A stretch of DNA of 64,000 nt from Candidatus Sigynarchaeum calidifontis (GCA_030587475.2 JAUQYZ020000078.1:22113-86112), one strand, 5' to 3'. Shown: positions 27,537-37,522, counted from the first letter of the stretch. Notes: generated from the sequence alone by a model not told the origin. Numbers and translations are program-made.

Positions 27537-29867
27537 ATGAACCTCGCGCCGATCCGGTCTTTCACCCGCACGGGCGCCGTGGCCGCAGCGTGCTTCTTAC
27601 TCGGCATCCTTTTCTTGACCGACAATTTCCTCATTCCCCAGGGCAATTATCTCGTGTTCGGCATCTCGCTGGGGATAGGCGTGCTTTTGCCACTATTCCT
27701 GGGCATCAACAAGGCGGTGGCAAGGTGGGCATTGGTTTTATCTTCCAGCGTTGCTGCATTTGTCACGTTGCTCTTGATCAGCGGTTTCACGCTCTCCGTG
27801 GCGCTTGCCATACTCTTCGTGGCCTTGCCTTCTGTCGTCGTGTTCGGGTTTTCCCAATCGTTGATGGGCGGAGGTGATCCCGCGTTGTGGCGCAAGAGGT
27901 TCGTCACCATGGCTCTCGCGTTGTGCTTCGTCGTGCTCGCCAGGTCGATCAAGATCGCCCCGTTGGCGACGTGGAACGGGTTGTACACGATTGCTGGCCT
28001 GTTCATAGCAAACGCGATCGTTAGCGGGATGAAAGCCGATAATGACGGCGATCACGCAAGCATCGATGGAAATGCCGATGACTCGTCATCTCACCCGCTC
28101 GGAATGAAGGGTTGGACGTATTTCATCGCCGGGATCGCCTTGGCATGCATGATCGGGGTGATCGCGTTCGTACCAGGGTTCCTTGGCGATTTTGCGTGGG
28201 TGGACCCGAACCCGATAGCGCCAGGCGTGCCAAGGGATGTCATCGAACGGCCGTGGTCCCCGTGGGACACGATCGCCATCATTGCAACGGGCGTGGTGTT
28301 AGCATGCTCGGTCTTGTGGTACTTGCAACGCAAGCCCGGGCGATCGTTGCTCGTGAGCACGTGCATGTTCTCGGGATTTTGCGCCGCGTGGTTGATGGCG
28401 TGGTCAAGCGCGACGATACCCTTCTATGTATGGTCGTTGATTGGCATCCCGTGCTATCTGGGTGCAATAGCGAGCTTGTTGCTCTTCATCGCAAAGTGGT
28501 TCAAGCCCCCGCGACCGGACGCATGGCGAATGGGGGAGCGGTCCGTAGTCGGCGGGATGACTCGCCGCGCATGGCTTATAGCAATACCCTTCCTCGGGTC
28601 CACGGTAGCCGGGCTCATGTTCCGCGATATCTTCAATTGGAGCATGTTTCTCGTTCCAGTCATGGTCATCATTCCCGTGATCACCGGCACCGCGATGCTG
28701 GTACAACTATGGATCTTGTATGCTGTACGCGGCCGATTTGTTCTCCTACCGGAAATGCCATTCGATGTCCCGAGAGCGGGGAGAAAAAGGCGCGTGAACG
28801 CCGCCATTGTCGCGTTTCTCGTCTTCGGTGGCATTTACACGGTTTCCTACGCTAGTTATCATGCGCACTTTTCTGGAAAAATGGCCTTCTTGTACGCATG
28901 GGGGGGTAGTATCGATAGCTGGGCACCGGACGTGGAAAGCAAGGTCACCCACGCAACCGTCTTCTCTCTTGATCTCAACACGACTACCGGCGTCGTGTCC
29001 AGCACATGGACGCCAGCTAACAACACGCCGTACCAAGCCCTCGGGATCAAGGTCATGCCGACGATCTTCCTCGGGTTCACCGACTTGTACTTCATGCTCA
29101 AGAATGCAGGAGGGCGGCTCGATACATTCATCACGACATTGCGAGCAACCCTCGTGGCGACGGGCGTGGACGGCGTGTCCATCGATTTCGAGTTGCTGGA
29201 GAATCCTCCTGGTTTGCCTGCAGTAACGAACGAGGATTGGATCGTCGCATGGGAAAGGATAAGTGCTGAGGCATGCCATGCTGGCGGTGAAGACTTCATC
29301 CTCGGCGTCTACTGGCAGATCAACGGCCGCTACACGCGTGACCAGGTGAACCGGTATTTTCGTTCCGTCGATATTCACGTCGAGAACATGTACGAGACGC
29401 ACAAGCAAACTGGAAACCAAGGCAGCACGACCGTGATCGAGATATCGATAAGTAATATAATTGAAAGCTACGCGCTGCTCGACGACAAGGTCATGATGGC
29501 CAAAATAATGCCTGGTTTGCCCGTATACCATTACATCTGGATCGACGGCGTTAAGGGCGCGCTGAACGAGTCGCTCATCGTGCCCGGCGGCAGCTGGTGG
29601 TGGTTCCACTCGTATACGACGCTAGAGCAAGTTATGGTCACGAACGGTGCCACGTTCCGCTGGGACCCGTTCAGCGGGGCGACGTGGGCCCGGTTCACGA
29701 TGACGCTGCAAGACAACCGCACGGTCACGGTCGTCGCATACTTGCACGACACCGCCCACCTGGCCCGCACCATGCACGTGATGGAAGGATACGGCATCAC
29801 CGGCATTATGCTCTGGCCCGCGCACCAGCCCGTGCCGCCGGGCTTCATTGAAACCTTTTACCCGTGA
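27537..29867 (+). CDS. 12+1 TM membrane domain fused to a C-terminal GH18-like TIM-barrel domain
   Basis: About 13 hydrophobic helices, then VDGVSIDFE (GH18 DxxxxDxE), NMYE, GLPVY, GITGIMLW. Confidence 0.78.
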   Translation: MNLAPIRSFTRTGAVAAACFLLGILFLTDNFLIPQGNYLVFGISLGIGVLLPLFLGINKAVARWALVLSSSVAAFVTLLLISGFTLSVALAILFVALPSVVVFGFSQSLMGGGDPALWRKRFVTMALALCFVVLARSIKIAPLATWNGLYTIAGLFIANAIVSGMKADNDGDHASIDGNADDSSSHPLGMKGWTYFIAGIALACMIGVIAFVPGFLGDFAWVDPNPIAPGVPRDVIERPWSPWDTIAIIATGVVLACSVLWYLQRKPGRSLLVSTCMFSGFCAAWLMAWSSATIPFYVWSLIGIPCYLGAIASLLLFIAKWFKPPRPDAWRMGERSVVGGMTRRAWLIAIPFLGSTVAGLMFRDIFNWSMFLVPVMVIIPVITGTAMLVQLWILYAVRGRFVLLPEMPFDVPRAGRKRRVNAAIVAFLVFGGIYTVSYASYHAHFSGKMAFLYAWGGSIDSWAPDVESKVTHATVFSLDLNTTTGVVSSTWTPANNTPYQALGIKVMPTIFLGFTDLYFMLKNAGGRLDTFITTLRATLVATGVDGVSIDFELLENPPGLPAVTNEDWIVAWERISAEACHAGGEDFILGVYWQINGRYTRDQVNRYFRSVDIHVENMYETHKQTGNQGSTTVIEISISNIIESYALLDDKVMMAKIMPGLPVYHYIWIDGVKGALNESLIVPGGSWWWFHSYTTLEQVMVTNGATFRWDPFSGATWARFTMTLQDNRTVTVVAYLHDTAHLARTMHVMEGYGITGIMLWPAHQPVPPGFIETFYP

Positions 29868-29873
29868 AAGGCC

Positions 29874-30842
29874 ATGCCAAATCCCATTCCGAACATCATA
29901 TTCGTACTTTTCACGAGCAACGAACGTCAATTAGTCACACCGGCATCGCGTGGCTACAACGGGAGCGCGTGCCTCGCGGGTGCATCATGGGCCACCAATT
30001 TCGTGTCGCTCTTATCCAGCAGCGTCCCGTCGCACCATCGCGTCTGGGGTAGCGATGGCAAGGTGGGCATCCACGTCGATCCCCTCCCCGTTCCTTTGAA
30101 AAAGGCTGGCTACCGTGCAGCGTTCATAGGCCCCCACGAAGCGAGCAAGCTAGCGGCACAGTGCGGTTTCGATGACCCTATAATAGTCCAAGACGGGGAC
30201 GGCTATGGTGAAGCGACGGCCATCATCGAGCGCCATCATGGCAATCCCGTATTCTTGACGTGCATCGCACGAGAGAAACCATCACGATGGCAAGGATTTG
30301 CCCCGCAACTCGCGGCGCGCAAGGGATCGCCTGGTATCGTCTTGCTGACAAGTATCGTACCCCCATCAATGCCGGGCAATGCTTTAATCACGAAACCAGA
30401 CGACCTTTCATCACCCTTTATTTTTTATCCTAATGAAGGTGGCAAGCGCGTCAATGGATTCGCACATCTCTGGTCGATCATCGATATAGCGCCGTCGTTG
30501 CTCGGCTTGCTCGGTGTCAAGGCACCGTACACGATGGTGGGCAAGGACATGCACCAGCTCTGGCTCGGGAAAACTCGGAAGTCGATCCGCTTTCCACGCA
30601 ACCGGTGCCTATTCGATCATGCCGACGGGTCGAAGACCATGTGGAACGGCCGGTACTTGCTTTCTGTTCATCCGGGTACGGAAACCGGTGAGATATTCGA
30701 TTTATATCAAGATAATGGCACGGCAAGGAATTTATGGGACGATCCATCGGCCGTGTCCGTTAAAAGCAGGTTGTTGCTGGAGCTGTTATGGGCCCAGCTC
30801 GACAAGGAATGCACGCCGATGCCTCGCATAGCCGGAGCGTGA
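29874..30842 (+). CDS. Degenerate sulfatase-like protein (catalytic motif lost)
   Basis: PNIIFV, LKKAGYRAAFIG, IDIAPSLLGLLG, GEIFDLYQD...NLWDDP; no CxPxR motif and no TxDHG. Confidence 0.7.
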   Translation: MPNPIPNIIFVLFTSNERQLVTPASRGYNGSACLAGASWATNFVSLLSSSVPSHHRVWGSDGKVGIHVDPLPVPLKKAGYRAAFIGPHEASKLAAQCGFDDPIIVQDGDGYGEATAIIERHHGNPVFLTCIAREKPSRWQGFAPQLAARKGSPGIVLLTSIVPPSMPGNALITKPDDLSSPFIFYPNEGGKRVNGFAHLWSIIDIAPSLLGLLGVKAPYTMVGKDMHQLWLGKTRKSIRFPRNRCLFDHADGSKTMWNGRYLLSVHPGTETGEIFDLYQDNGTARNLWDDPSAVSVKSRLLLELLWAQLDKECTPMPRIAGA

Positions 30843-30847
30843 AAACA

Positions 30848-32431
30848 ATGCCGAGACCGAACATCCTCCTCATCACGACCGACCAGCACCACCGGTCGGT
30901 GCTCGGCTTCAACGATCCCGCGGTGATCACGCCGAACATCGACAAGCTCGCGCGGGAAGGCACGGTGTTCACGCGAGCGTACTGCCCGAACCCGACGTGC
31001 ACGCCGACCCGAGCGTCGATCATCACGGGCCAGTATCCCAGCCAGCATGGTGCATGGTCGCTCGGTACCAAGCTGCTGGACGACGTCCCGACGATCGGCG
31101 ACGAGCTGCGAAAGGCCGGGTACCGCACGGCGTTGATCGGGAAGGCACATTTCGAGCCGCTGAAGTCGACAGACGAGTTCAAGTCGCTGGAATCCTATCC
31201 CATCATGCAAGACCTGGATTTCTGGCGAAAATTCCACGGGCCATATTACGGGTTCGAATATATCGAATTAGCTCGAAACCACACTGACGAGGCGCATGTC
31301 GGGCAGCATTACGCGATCTGGATGGAGGAGAAGGGCTGCAATAACTGGCGGGATTATTTCGTGAAGCCGACCGGCACGCGAACCTACGTCGACAGGTACC
31401 GGGATGCGCCGCTCTGGCCGATCCCGGAGGAATACCATTACAACAAGTGGATCGCCGAGGCAAGCAATAAAAAGCTCGAAGAGTATGCGCGGAACAATGA
31501 ACCGTTTTTCTTGTGGGCGAGTTTCCTCGACCCGCACGCGCCCCGCATCGTGCCAGATCCCTGGCACAAGATGTACGACCCGGCCACGGTCGACGTGCCG
31601 GAACCCGCCCCGGGCGAGCACGACAAGAACCCGCCGCACTTTCGCTTCGCCCAGAAGACCCCCTCTTCGCCCAGCCGCTTCAAGCGGTTCTTGCACGCGG
31701 CCAAATCGCTGCTGAGTAGCTTCGCGGTCGCAAAATACTACGCCGATTTCAAGAAGCACGGCGTTCCTATACAAGGGCTTCACGGCGTGCATCCGCACCT
31801 CTACGACAAGGCCCGGCTCGCCAGGGAAATCGCTGCATACCGCGGCATGGTGTCGTTGATCGACAAGTACATGGGGGAAATCCTGCACCAGCTCGACCGG
31901 CTCGGGCTCGCGGAAAGCACGATCGTGGTGTTCACGACCGACCACGGGGACTTCTTCGGCCAGCATGGCCTGATCACGAAAGGCCCATTCCACTACGAAG
32001 ACTTGTTGCGCATCCCGCTCGTCGTGCGCTATCCGGGCAAGGTGGCAGCCGGCAAGACGTCCGACGCATTGCAATCGCTCGTCGACCTGGCACCCACCTT
32101 CTTGTCGCTGCTCGGTATACCCATCCCCTCCTTGATGTCCGGCGTCGACCAGGCCGGCGTGTGGACGGGCAAGGTTGGCTCGGCGCGTGATCACGTGCTC
32201 GTCGAGATGCACCACTCGCCCTCCCTAATCCACTTGAAAACGCTCGTCGACCGGCGGTACAAGATCACGGTCTACAACGAATCGATCCTCGGCGAGCTGT
32301 TCGATCTGCAAGAGGATCCCGGCGAGAAGCGCAACTTGTGGTCGGATCCCGCGTTCTCGGAGCTGAAGCACCAGATGCTCTTCAAGCTCGTACAAGCCGA
32401 GCTCGAAAAGGATATGAAATTGAGGAATTAA
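30848..32431 (+). CDS. Formylglycine-dependent sulfatase (Cys-type)
   Basis: PNILLITTDQH, CTPTRASIITG, GKAH, DPH, FTTDHGD, KG, DLAPTFL, LFDLQEDPGE. Confidence 0.94.
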   Translation: MPRPNILLITTDQHHRSVLGFNDPAVITPNIDKLAREGTVFTRAYCPNPTCTPTRASIITGQYPSQHGAWSLGTKLLDDVPTIGDELRKAGYRTALIGKAHFEPLKSTDEFKSLESYPIMQDLDFWRKFHGPYYGFEYIELARNHTDEAHVGQHYAIWMEEKGCNNWRDYFVKPTGTRTYVDRYRDAPLWPIPEEYHYNKWIAEASNKKLEEYARNNEPFFLWASFLDPHAPRIVPDPWHKMYDPATVDVPEPAPGEHDKNPPHFRFAQKTPSSPSRFKRFLHAAKSLLSSFAVAKYYADFKKHGVPIQGLHGVHPHLYDKARLAREIAAYRGMVSLIDKYMGEILHQLDRLGLAESTIVVFTTDHGDFFGQHGLITKGPFHYEDLLRIPLVVRYPGKVAAGKTSDALQSLVDLAPTFLSLLGIPIPSLMSGVDQAGVWTGKVGSARDHVLVEMHHSPSLIHLKTLVDRRYKITVYNESILGELFDLQEDPGEKRNLWSDPAFSELKHQMLFKLVQAELEKDMKLRN

Positions 32432-32439
32432 AAAGGCGA

Positions 32440-34950
32440 TCATTTGACTTCTCGCACGTATAACCTCATTCCACCGGTTCCTCTTAATCGAAGCCGTTTC
32501 ATAACCGCGCGCACGATGAGCCGGTACGCGATCAAGATCGTGGTGAGGAAAATCACGACACCCAGCACGAGCCCGTCCAGGAGCAAGGGAACGTCGAACG
32601 TCGCGACGGGGTCGATCGCGGGATCTCGCCTGACGATCGCGCCGTCCTTGATCGTCAAGAACGTTACCACGTAGACGAGCAGGCCCTTGATGGCGTTGAT
32701 CATGAACCCGAGGACGAAGCAAATGACTATCACCGTGAGGTACGCGAACCCGCCGCCGATGTTATCCCGCGTGATGGCCCGTCGCACGTTCACGACGAGC
32801 GTTCCGAAATACTGGATGACGTACATGCCCGACACGAAGGCCCAGATGACGATGAGGCGCCCGGCCAGGATGAAGAGGATCCCGCCGACCCCCAGGATCA
32901 AATTGGAGAGTAACAGGTAGTCGTTGGAGAATATCGTCGTCCAGTCGAACCGTGACCTTTCGGCGCTGCGCCGCTGCCATATCGCGACCACGAGTATGAT
33001 GCCAGCGGCCACGAGGGCCGGGATGTAGTGCATCGACACGGCCAGGAAGTTCGTGCGCACGAGATTGATGATCGAGTTCCCGAACGGGATGAGGATTCCC
33101 GCGATGAGAGAGTTCATTACCATCATCATCTGGATCGGGATCTTGATCCTCCACCCTCCAAGCCTTGTTCTATAGCGTGGTAATCCCTCCAACGGCAATG
33201 GCACGCTCGGCTTGGCGGCTCGCCCCGCGAGGATTGCAAGCCCGACGGGGATCGCGAGGAAAGCGATCGCTAGCGTGTCGAAGGCCAGCACGAGGAGGAA
33301 AAAGCCGCCCGCGACTAGCACCGCTATGGTGATAACCCGCAAGAGATGCTCCACTTTGCACTTGATCGAGAACAACGCGACTGCCGCGACGAACAAGAAC
33401 AAGAGTGCCAGGTCGAAGAACGTGGTCACGAAGATCATCTGGTAATGGTTGCCGAGCGCGAGATAAGGGTAGAAGAGAAGTAATAGAAAGGCTGCTATCA
33501 AGATATAACGAGACAGGAACCGCAAGAATACGAGGCCAATGGCGATGCTGAATAGCAATATCGCGGCGAACGTGATGAGGATCTCCGTGGTGGAAAGCCC
33601 GAGGATGATCGCGTACGAGAAGGACTTCTGGATCACCCCGTAGACGCCAATGGTCAAGCTCGTCGCGACCGTCGAAAACAGGCCGCCAATGGAGATCCCC
33701 AGAAGCACCTCGTTGTGCTTCATCTCGTTCAAGGACAATCCCGTACCCGCAGAACCATTCGTTCCTTCCTCTCGCCTTTTCTTGAAGGAAAAGCCGCTGC
33801 ACAATGCAGGTGACCCGGGCCTCCGGATGATGAGCACGAGCATGACGATGCCGGTTGCCAAGGGAACGAGCGCCGGGAACGCGGGAAAGGCGATCGGCTG
33901 GATCACGTGAATCTTCTCGTATTCCGCCTTGATCGTGTCCTTGATGAGTATCGGGTTGAAGTCTTTCAAGTCCGGATTCGTCGCCGGGTCTTGATAATCC
34001 CAGATCCACCAGTACGCGCCCTTGAACCACGGCGCCGTCCAGATCTTCGACTGAAAGAGAGAGATGTAATAGTTACGCATCTCGTCGATGTCTTTCTCCT
34101 CGGATATCTGGTTGTCGTTCGGGATTATGTTAGAACCGTCCTTGGCTTGGATGCCGATCTCGGTGAACGCGATTGGACGGTTCCATTTCAGCGCCAGCTC
34201 TTCCAGCTCGTAATACGAGCCGTCCCATATGGTCCGCAATTCCAATACTGACGGGTCCCAGGCGATGGTCATCATGGAATACATGCTGATGCCGATCATG
34301 TCGACCGCATCCCACCAGTCGATGTGCGCGTAGGAGTCGTGGTTGGCCGAATAGGTGATTTTACCGTGGTAGACGGCGCGCACCTCGTTGATCAACTGCC
34401 GGACCTCGGCGGAATGCACCTGCATGTTTCCCATCTCGCAACCGATCGAGAACAGCTCGACGCCACCGGCCTCTGCGGCCTTGGCATTCTCGACAATCCA
34501 CCACGTGTAATTCGCCATCCATTCGGTCGAAAAATGTATGTATGATCGCCAGTCGTAGACTTTCGCCAGGTTAAGCATCGGCTTGTAGAATACATGAAGC
34601 CCTTTTGAGGTAGCATTCCGAAAACAATCGGTCATGTTCGCGAATGTATCACTATATTTGCCCATTTTAATGTCGGTGCTGTTCAAGTAATCCTGCCACC
34701 ACCAGTGGTTGATCGCGACCCATTCCACGCCGATAGATCTCATCTCGTCGAATTCTTGTGCGGTTGCTGTCGTGTTGAAAGAAGAATTAGTCCACGTGGT
34801 GAAACTCATGCCCTTCTGGAAGGGGATCCCAGCGCTGATACCGGACAGTGTTAGCAGTCTCGTGTTGAACGCTGCGATGTTGACGACGCTGCATGATAGC
34901 AAGGCGATCCCGGCTATCAGCGAGATGATTTTGGTTTGCTTGGCATCCAT
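32440..34950 (-). CDS. GH113-like (beta-mannanase family) extracellular domain fused to a 1+12 TM membrane domain
   Basis: N-terminal anchor; QKGMSF, FYKPML, FSIGCEM (acid/base), TYSANHD, IGISMY, FTEIG (nucleophile), GAYWWIW; then about 13 TM. Confidence 0.8.
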   Translation of the reverse strand: MDAKQTKIISLIAGIALLSCSVVNIAAFNTRLLTLSGISAGIPFQKGMSFTTWTNSSFNTTATAQEFDEMRSIGVEWVAINHWWWQDYLNSTDIKMGKYSDTFANMTDCFRNATSKGLHVFYKPMLNLAKVYDWRSYIHFSTEWMANYTWWIVENAKAAEAGGVELFSIGCEMGNMQVHSAEVRQLINEVRAVYHGKITYSANHDSYAHIDWWDAVDMIGISMYSMMTIAWDPSVLELRTIWDGSYYELEELALKWNRPIAFTEIGIQAKDGSNIIPNDNQISEEKDIDEMRNYYISLFQSKIWTAPWFKGAYWWIWDYQDPATNPDLKDFNPILIKDTIKAEYEKIHVIQPIAFPAFPALVPLATGIVMLVLIIRRPGSPALCSGFSFKKRREEGTNGSAGTGLSLNEMKHNEVLLGISIGGLFSTVATSLTIGVYGVIQKSFSYAIILGLSTTEILITFAAILLFSIAIGLVFLRFLSRYILIAAFLLLLFYPYLALGNHYQMIFVTTFFDLALLFLFVAAVALFSIKCKVEHLLRVITIAVLVAGGFFLLVLAFDTLAIAFLAIPVGLAILAGRAAKPSVPLPLEGLPRYRTRLGGWRIKIPIQMMMVMNSLIAGILIPFGNSIINLVRTNFLAVSMHYIPALVAAGIILVVAIWQRRSAERSRFDWTTIFSNDYLLLSNLILGVGGILFILAGRLIVIWAFVSGMYVIQYFGTLVVNVRRAITRDNIGGGFAYLTVIVICFVLGFMINAIKGLLVYVVTFLTIKDGAIVRRDPAIDPVATFDVPLLLDGLVLGVVIFLTTILIAYRLIVRAVMKRLRLRGTGGMRLYVREVK

Positions 34951-35034
34951 CGATAGCCACTCGACTGATGTGAAAATCTCGTTGATCTATGAAGCCAGAT
35001 CCCCCTCAGACCAAATAAAGCGCGCCCTCCCGCG

Positions 35035-36387
35035 TCATTGCCCTTCATGGCTGGCGGGGTGCATTTCATCGCCAGACGGGAGGATCACGATGAACTTGCT
35101 GCCTTGCGAGTGGTCGCCCTTCACCGCGTTCTCGACCCAGATCTTGCCGCCGCACCGGGCAATGATGCGTTTCACGACTGATAAACCTATTCCCAGGCCT
35201 TCTTTGCCCCGTTGGCCTTGGATCGAGCGGTCAAAGATCGATTTCTTGCGGGAATCCTCGATGCCGACCCCGTTGTCGACGAACTCTATCCGGACACTTT
35301 TCTTGCCGTCCACTTTGTCCCGCTTGATAGTTATCTGGATCTTGATAGGATCATTGATATTGTGACGCACCGCGTTGATCAAGATGTTGTCAAATGCATC
35401 GCGGATAAGGTTGCTGGCGCGTGCGTAGATTTTTTCCTCGCTTGAATCCAATAAAATTTCGATGTGCTTTGATGGGAAGCGTCGCTTCAACAAGCTGGCT
35501 GAATCATCGAGATGCTTCACGATGTCCTGCGGCTCGATGGCGAGCCTTGGATCCATGAGCTGCTCGAGTTTTTGACTGTTCTTGATCAGTTCCGCGCCCC
35601 GGGTGATGTTTTCTGAAATAATGTTGAGTGCCTCAGTTATACCCGATACGGGCATTCCCTTGGCGAGCTTGAGCTTCCAAAGATCCACGGCGGACGAGAT
35701 CGCTTGAAGTGCATTGTTCAAGTCATGCACGATCAAGTCCTTGAAAAACCGCACGTCCTGGTAAGCGTTCTGGAGCGCATCATTCGTTTTTTGGATGCTC
35801 TCGATCATGTGGCTGCTTTGCAGCGCGATGGTGGCGATCTCGGCATAGCTCATGGCGATCTCGGCATCTTCCTCCGTGAAGCCGCCGGGCTTGTTCGCCA
35901 GGCCGATCAACCCCTTGGCCTCGCCACCGATCACCATGGGCGCGAACATGACCGTGTCCAGCGCGGCGTGGCCTTCCGGCATGAAGCGCATCCACTCGGA
36001 ATCCTTGAACTTGTTGTCGATCGCGGGTTTCTTCGCCTTGTAGGCTTCGGCACGCAGGCCCCTGATCGGCATGGGTAGCGCGGGATCCACCGTGCACGGC
36101 AGCCCGCCTGCATCTAGATACACGACGCTATTCTCCTTCCCGTCGGGGGTGAGTAGTGCAACATAACCTGCACGTGCTCCAGTGGCTTGCTTGCACGCGT
36201 GGAAGATCATCTTGGCGGTGCTCTCGAACGAACCGAGCTGGTAAATGGCAGTGGATACCGCGCTGATCGAGCTGTTCCTCAATTGGATGTGCATCCTATA
36301 ATGCTCTAACTGTTTCTTGAGGTCATCAATTTCTCGCATCAAGCCCGCGATGACTTCGTTGTCGGGTGGTTGATCCTTGCCAATCAT
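35035..36387 (-). CDS. GAF-domain sensor histidine kinase (cytoplasmic)
   Basis: GAF (GLIGLANKPGGFTEED), H-box VHDLNNALQ, N-box NILINAVRH, DNGVGI, GLGIGLSVV. Confidence 0.92.
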   Translation of the reverse strand: MIGKDQPPDNEVIAGLMREIDDLKKQLEHYRMHIQLRNSSISAVSTAIYQLGSFESTAKMIFHACKQATGARAGYVALLTPDGKENSVVYLDAGGLPCTVDPALPMPIRGLRAEAYKAKKPAIDNKFKDSEWMRFMPEGHAALDTVMFAPMVIGGEAKGLIGLANKPGGFTEEDAEIAMSYAEIATIALQSSHMIESIQKTNDALQNAYQDVRFFKDLIVHDLNNALQAISSAVDLWKLKLAKGMPVSGITEALNIISENITRGAELIKNSQKLEQLMDPRLAIEPQDIVKHLDDSASLLKRRFPSKHIEILLDSSEEKIYARASNLIRDAFDNILINAVRHNINDPIKIQITIKRDKVDGKKSVRIEFVDNGVGIEDSRKKSIFDRSIQGQRGKEGLGIGLSVVKRIIARCGGKIWVENAVKGDHSQGSKFIVILPSGDEMHPASHEGQ

Positions 36388-36391
36388 GAGT

Positions 36392-36818
36392 CTAAAGCCC
36401 CGAATCTCTCTTGATCCTTGCCCGCGTGTCGCCCGCGATAGGTATTGCTTCGTTCTTGTTATTCACGTTTACATGTTTTATTTTAGCAATTGCACACGAG
36501 AGCAGAGCTCGTCATGTCGACGGCGTCCATCTCGATCGTGATGCTCGTGTGCCCCACGTCTTTCAAGGTACCCATCATGTCGATAATGTCTCGTTCATGT
36601 ACCGGTAGCTTGAACACGATCTCGATCACCTTGACGGTCGCGACGTGGCCTCGTAATTGCTTGTAGGCATAAATGCCACCTGCCTCGTCCAGCCATTCCA
36701 GCATCCTGCCTCCGAAAAGGTTCCCGTTCACGCCCAAGTCGAAGGTCTTGCATAGCTTCGAGACGATGAGCTCTTTTTTCGCCACGTGTCTTGTCTTAGA
36801 AAGGGTATGCACTAGCAT
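36392..36818 (-). pseudogene. Hotdog-fold acyl-CoA thioesterase with a frameshift near 36485-36490
   Basis: GNLFGGRMLEWLDEAG motif. The frame stops at TAA 36483-36485, but removing one base from TGC AAT TGC TAA continues as AKIKHVNVNNKNEAIPIAGDTRARIKRDSGL* to 36392, 4 nt before the kinase ATG. Confidence 0.75.
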
Positions 36819-36919
36819 TTATGCCTAACTCATTAATTAACAAGCTTACTGATATTCATTGTAAGTATCATGTGAAAATTGCGTGGATCTCGTGCCACGA
36901 AAGTTAAGCAGTGATCAAC

Positions 36920-37522
36920 ATGGATATCCAGAAACGAGCGAACGAGATCTTGAAGATCCAGCAACTTGCGGTGCAAAACATGGTCATCACGCCCGCGATG
37001 CTTCAAGCGATCGAAAAGATCGCGAGCATGAGGAAGTCTAGCGGAAGAATCGTCACGGCGGGCATGGGCAAGGCGGGCATCATCGCTACCAAGATGAGCG
37101 CGACGCTTGCCAGCATCGGCTTGCCCTCTTTCTTCGTCAACGCTGCCGAGGCCGCGCATGGCGACGTGGGGCGCATCGCGCCCGAGGACCTCGTGATCGT
37201 GTTTTCCCACTCGGGCAGCACGAGCGAAGTGGTCGCCATGATCGAGACGCTGCACGCGCTGAACGGCAAGCAGAACGTGGTGATCGTCATCGGCGGTGCA
37301 GACAAGCCGAAGATTCCCGCTAGCATCGTCGTAAGTTATGGTGCCATCCAGGAATCTTGCATCGTTTCCAAGGTGCCATCCACGTCGACGACCTTGATGC
37401 TTGTCATCGCCGACGTGCTTGCCATCACGGCCGCGGAGAGCCTGGGCCTCGATGACAACTGGTTCAAGGCCAGGCACCCGGGCGGCGCTATCGGTCAAGC
37501 TTACAGGGCCGAAAAGAAATAG
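36920..37522 (+). CDS. Single SIS-domain sugar-phosphate isomerase (KdsD/GutQ-like, no CBS pair)
   Basis: GMGKAGIIATKMSATLASIG, EAAHGDVG, SHSGSTSE, PSTST, HPGGAIG. Confidence 0.88.
   Translation: MDIQKRANEILKIQQLAVQNMVITPAMLQAIEKIASMRKSSGRIVTAGMGKAGIIATKMSATLASIGLPSFFVNAAEAAHGDVGRIAPEDLVIVFSHSGSTSEVVAMIETLHALNGKQNVVIVIGGADKPKIPASIVVSYGAIQESCIVSKVPSTSTTLMLVIADVLAITAAESLGLDDNWFKARHPGGAIGQAYRAEKK

Noticed and set aside
27423-27646. Apparent head-to-head overlap of the MBL hydrolase and GH18 fusion genes
   Set aside because: Artefact of over-extended ORF starts; ATG 27472 (-) and ATG 27537 (+) leave a normal 64-bp divergent gap. Similar over-extensions occur at 30788, 45687, 48883, 53071 and 53955.
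33900-34850. Gene-transfer-agent interpretation of the TIM barrel (this fold is often auto-labelled GTA TIM-barrel-like)
   Set aside because: No phage or GTA structural genes nearby; intact GH113-type glutamates and membrane anchors favour a glycosidase.
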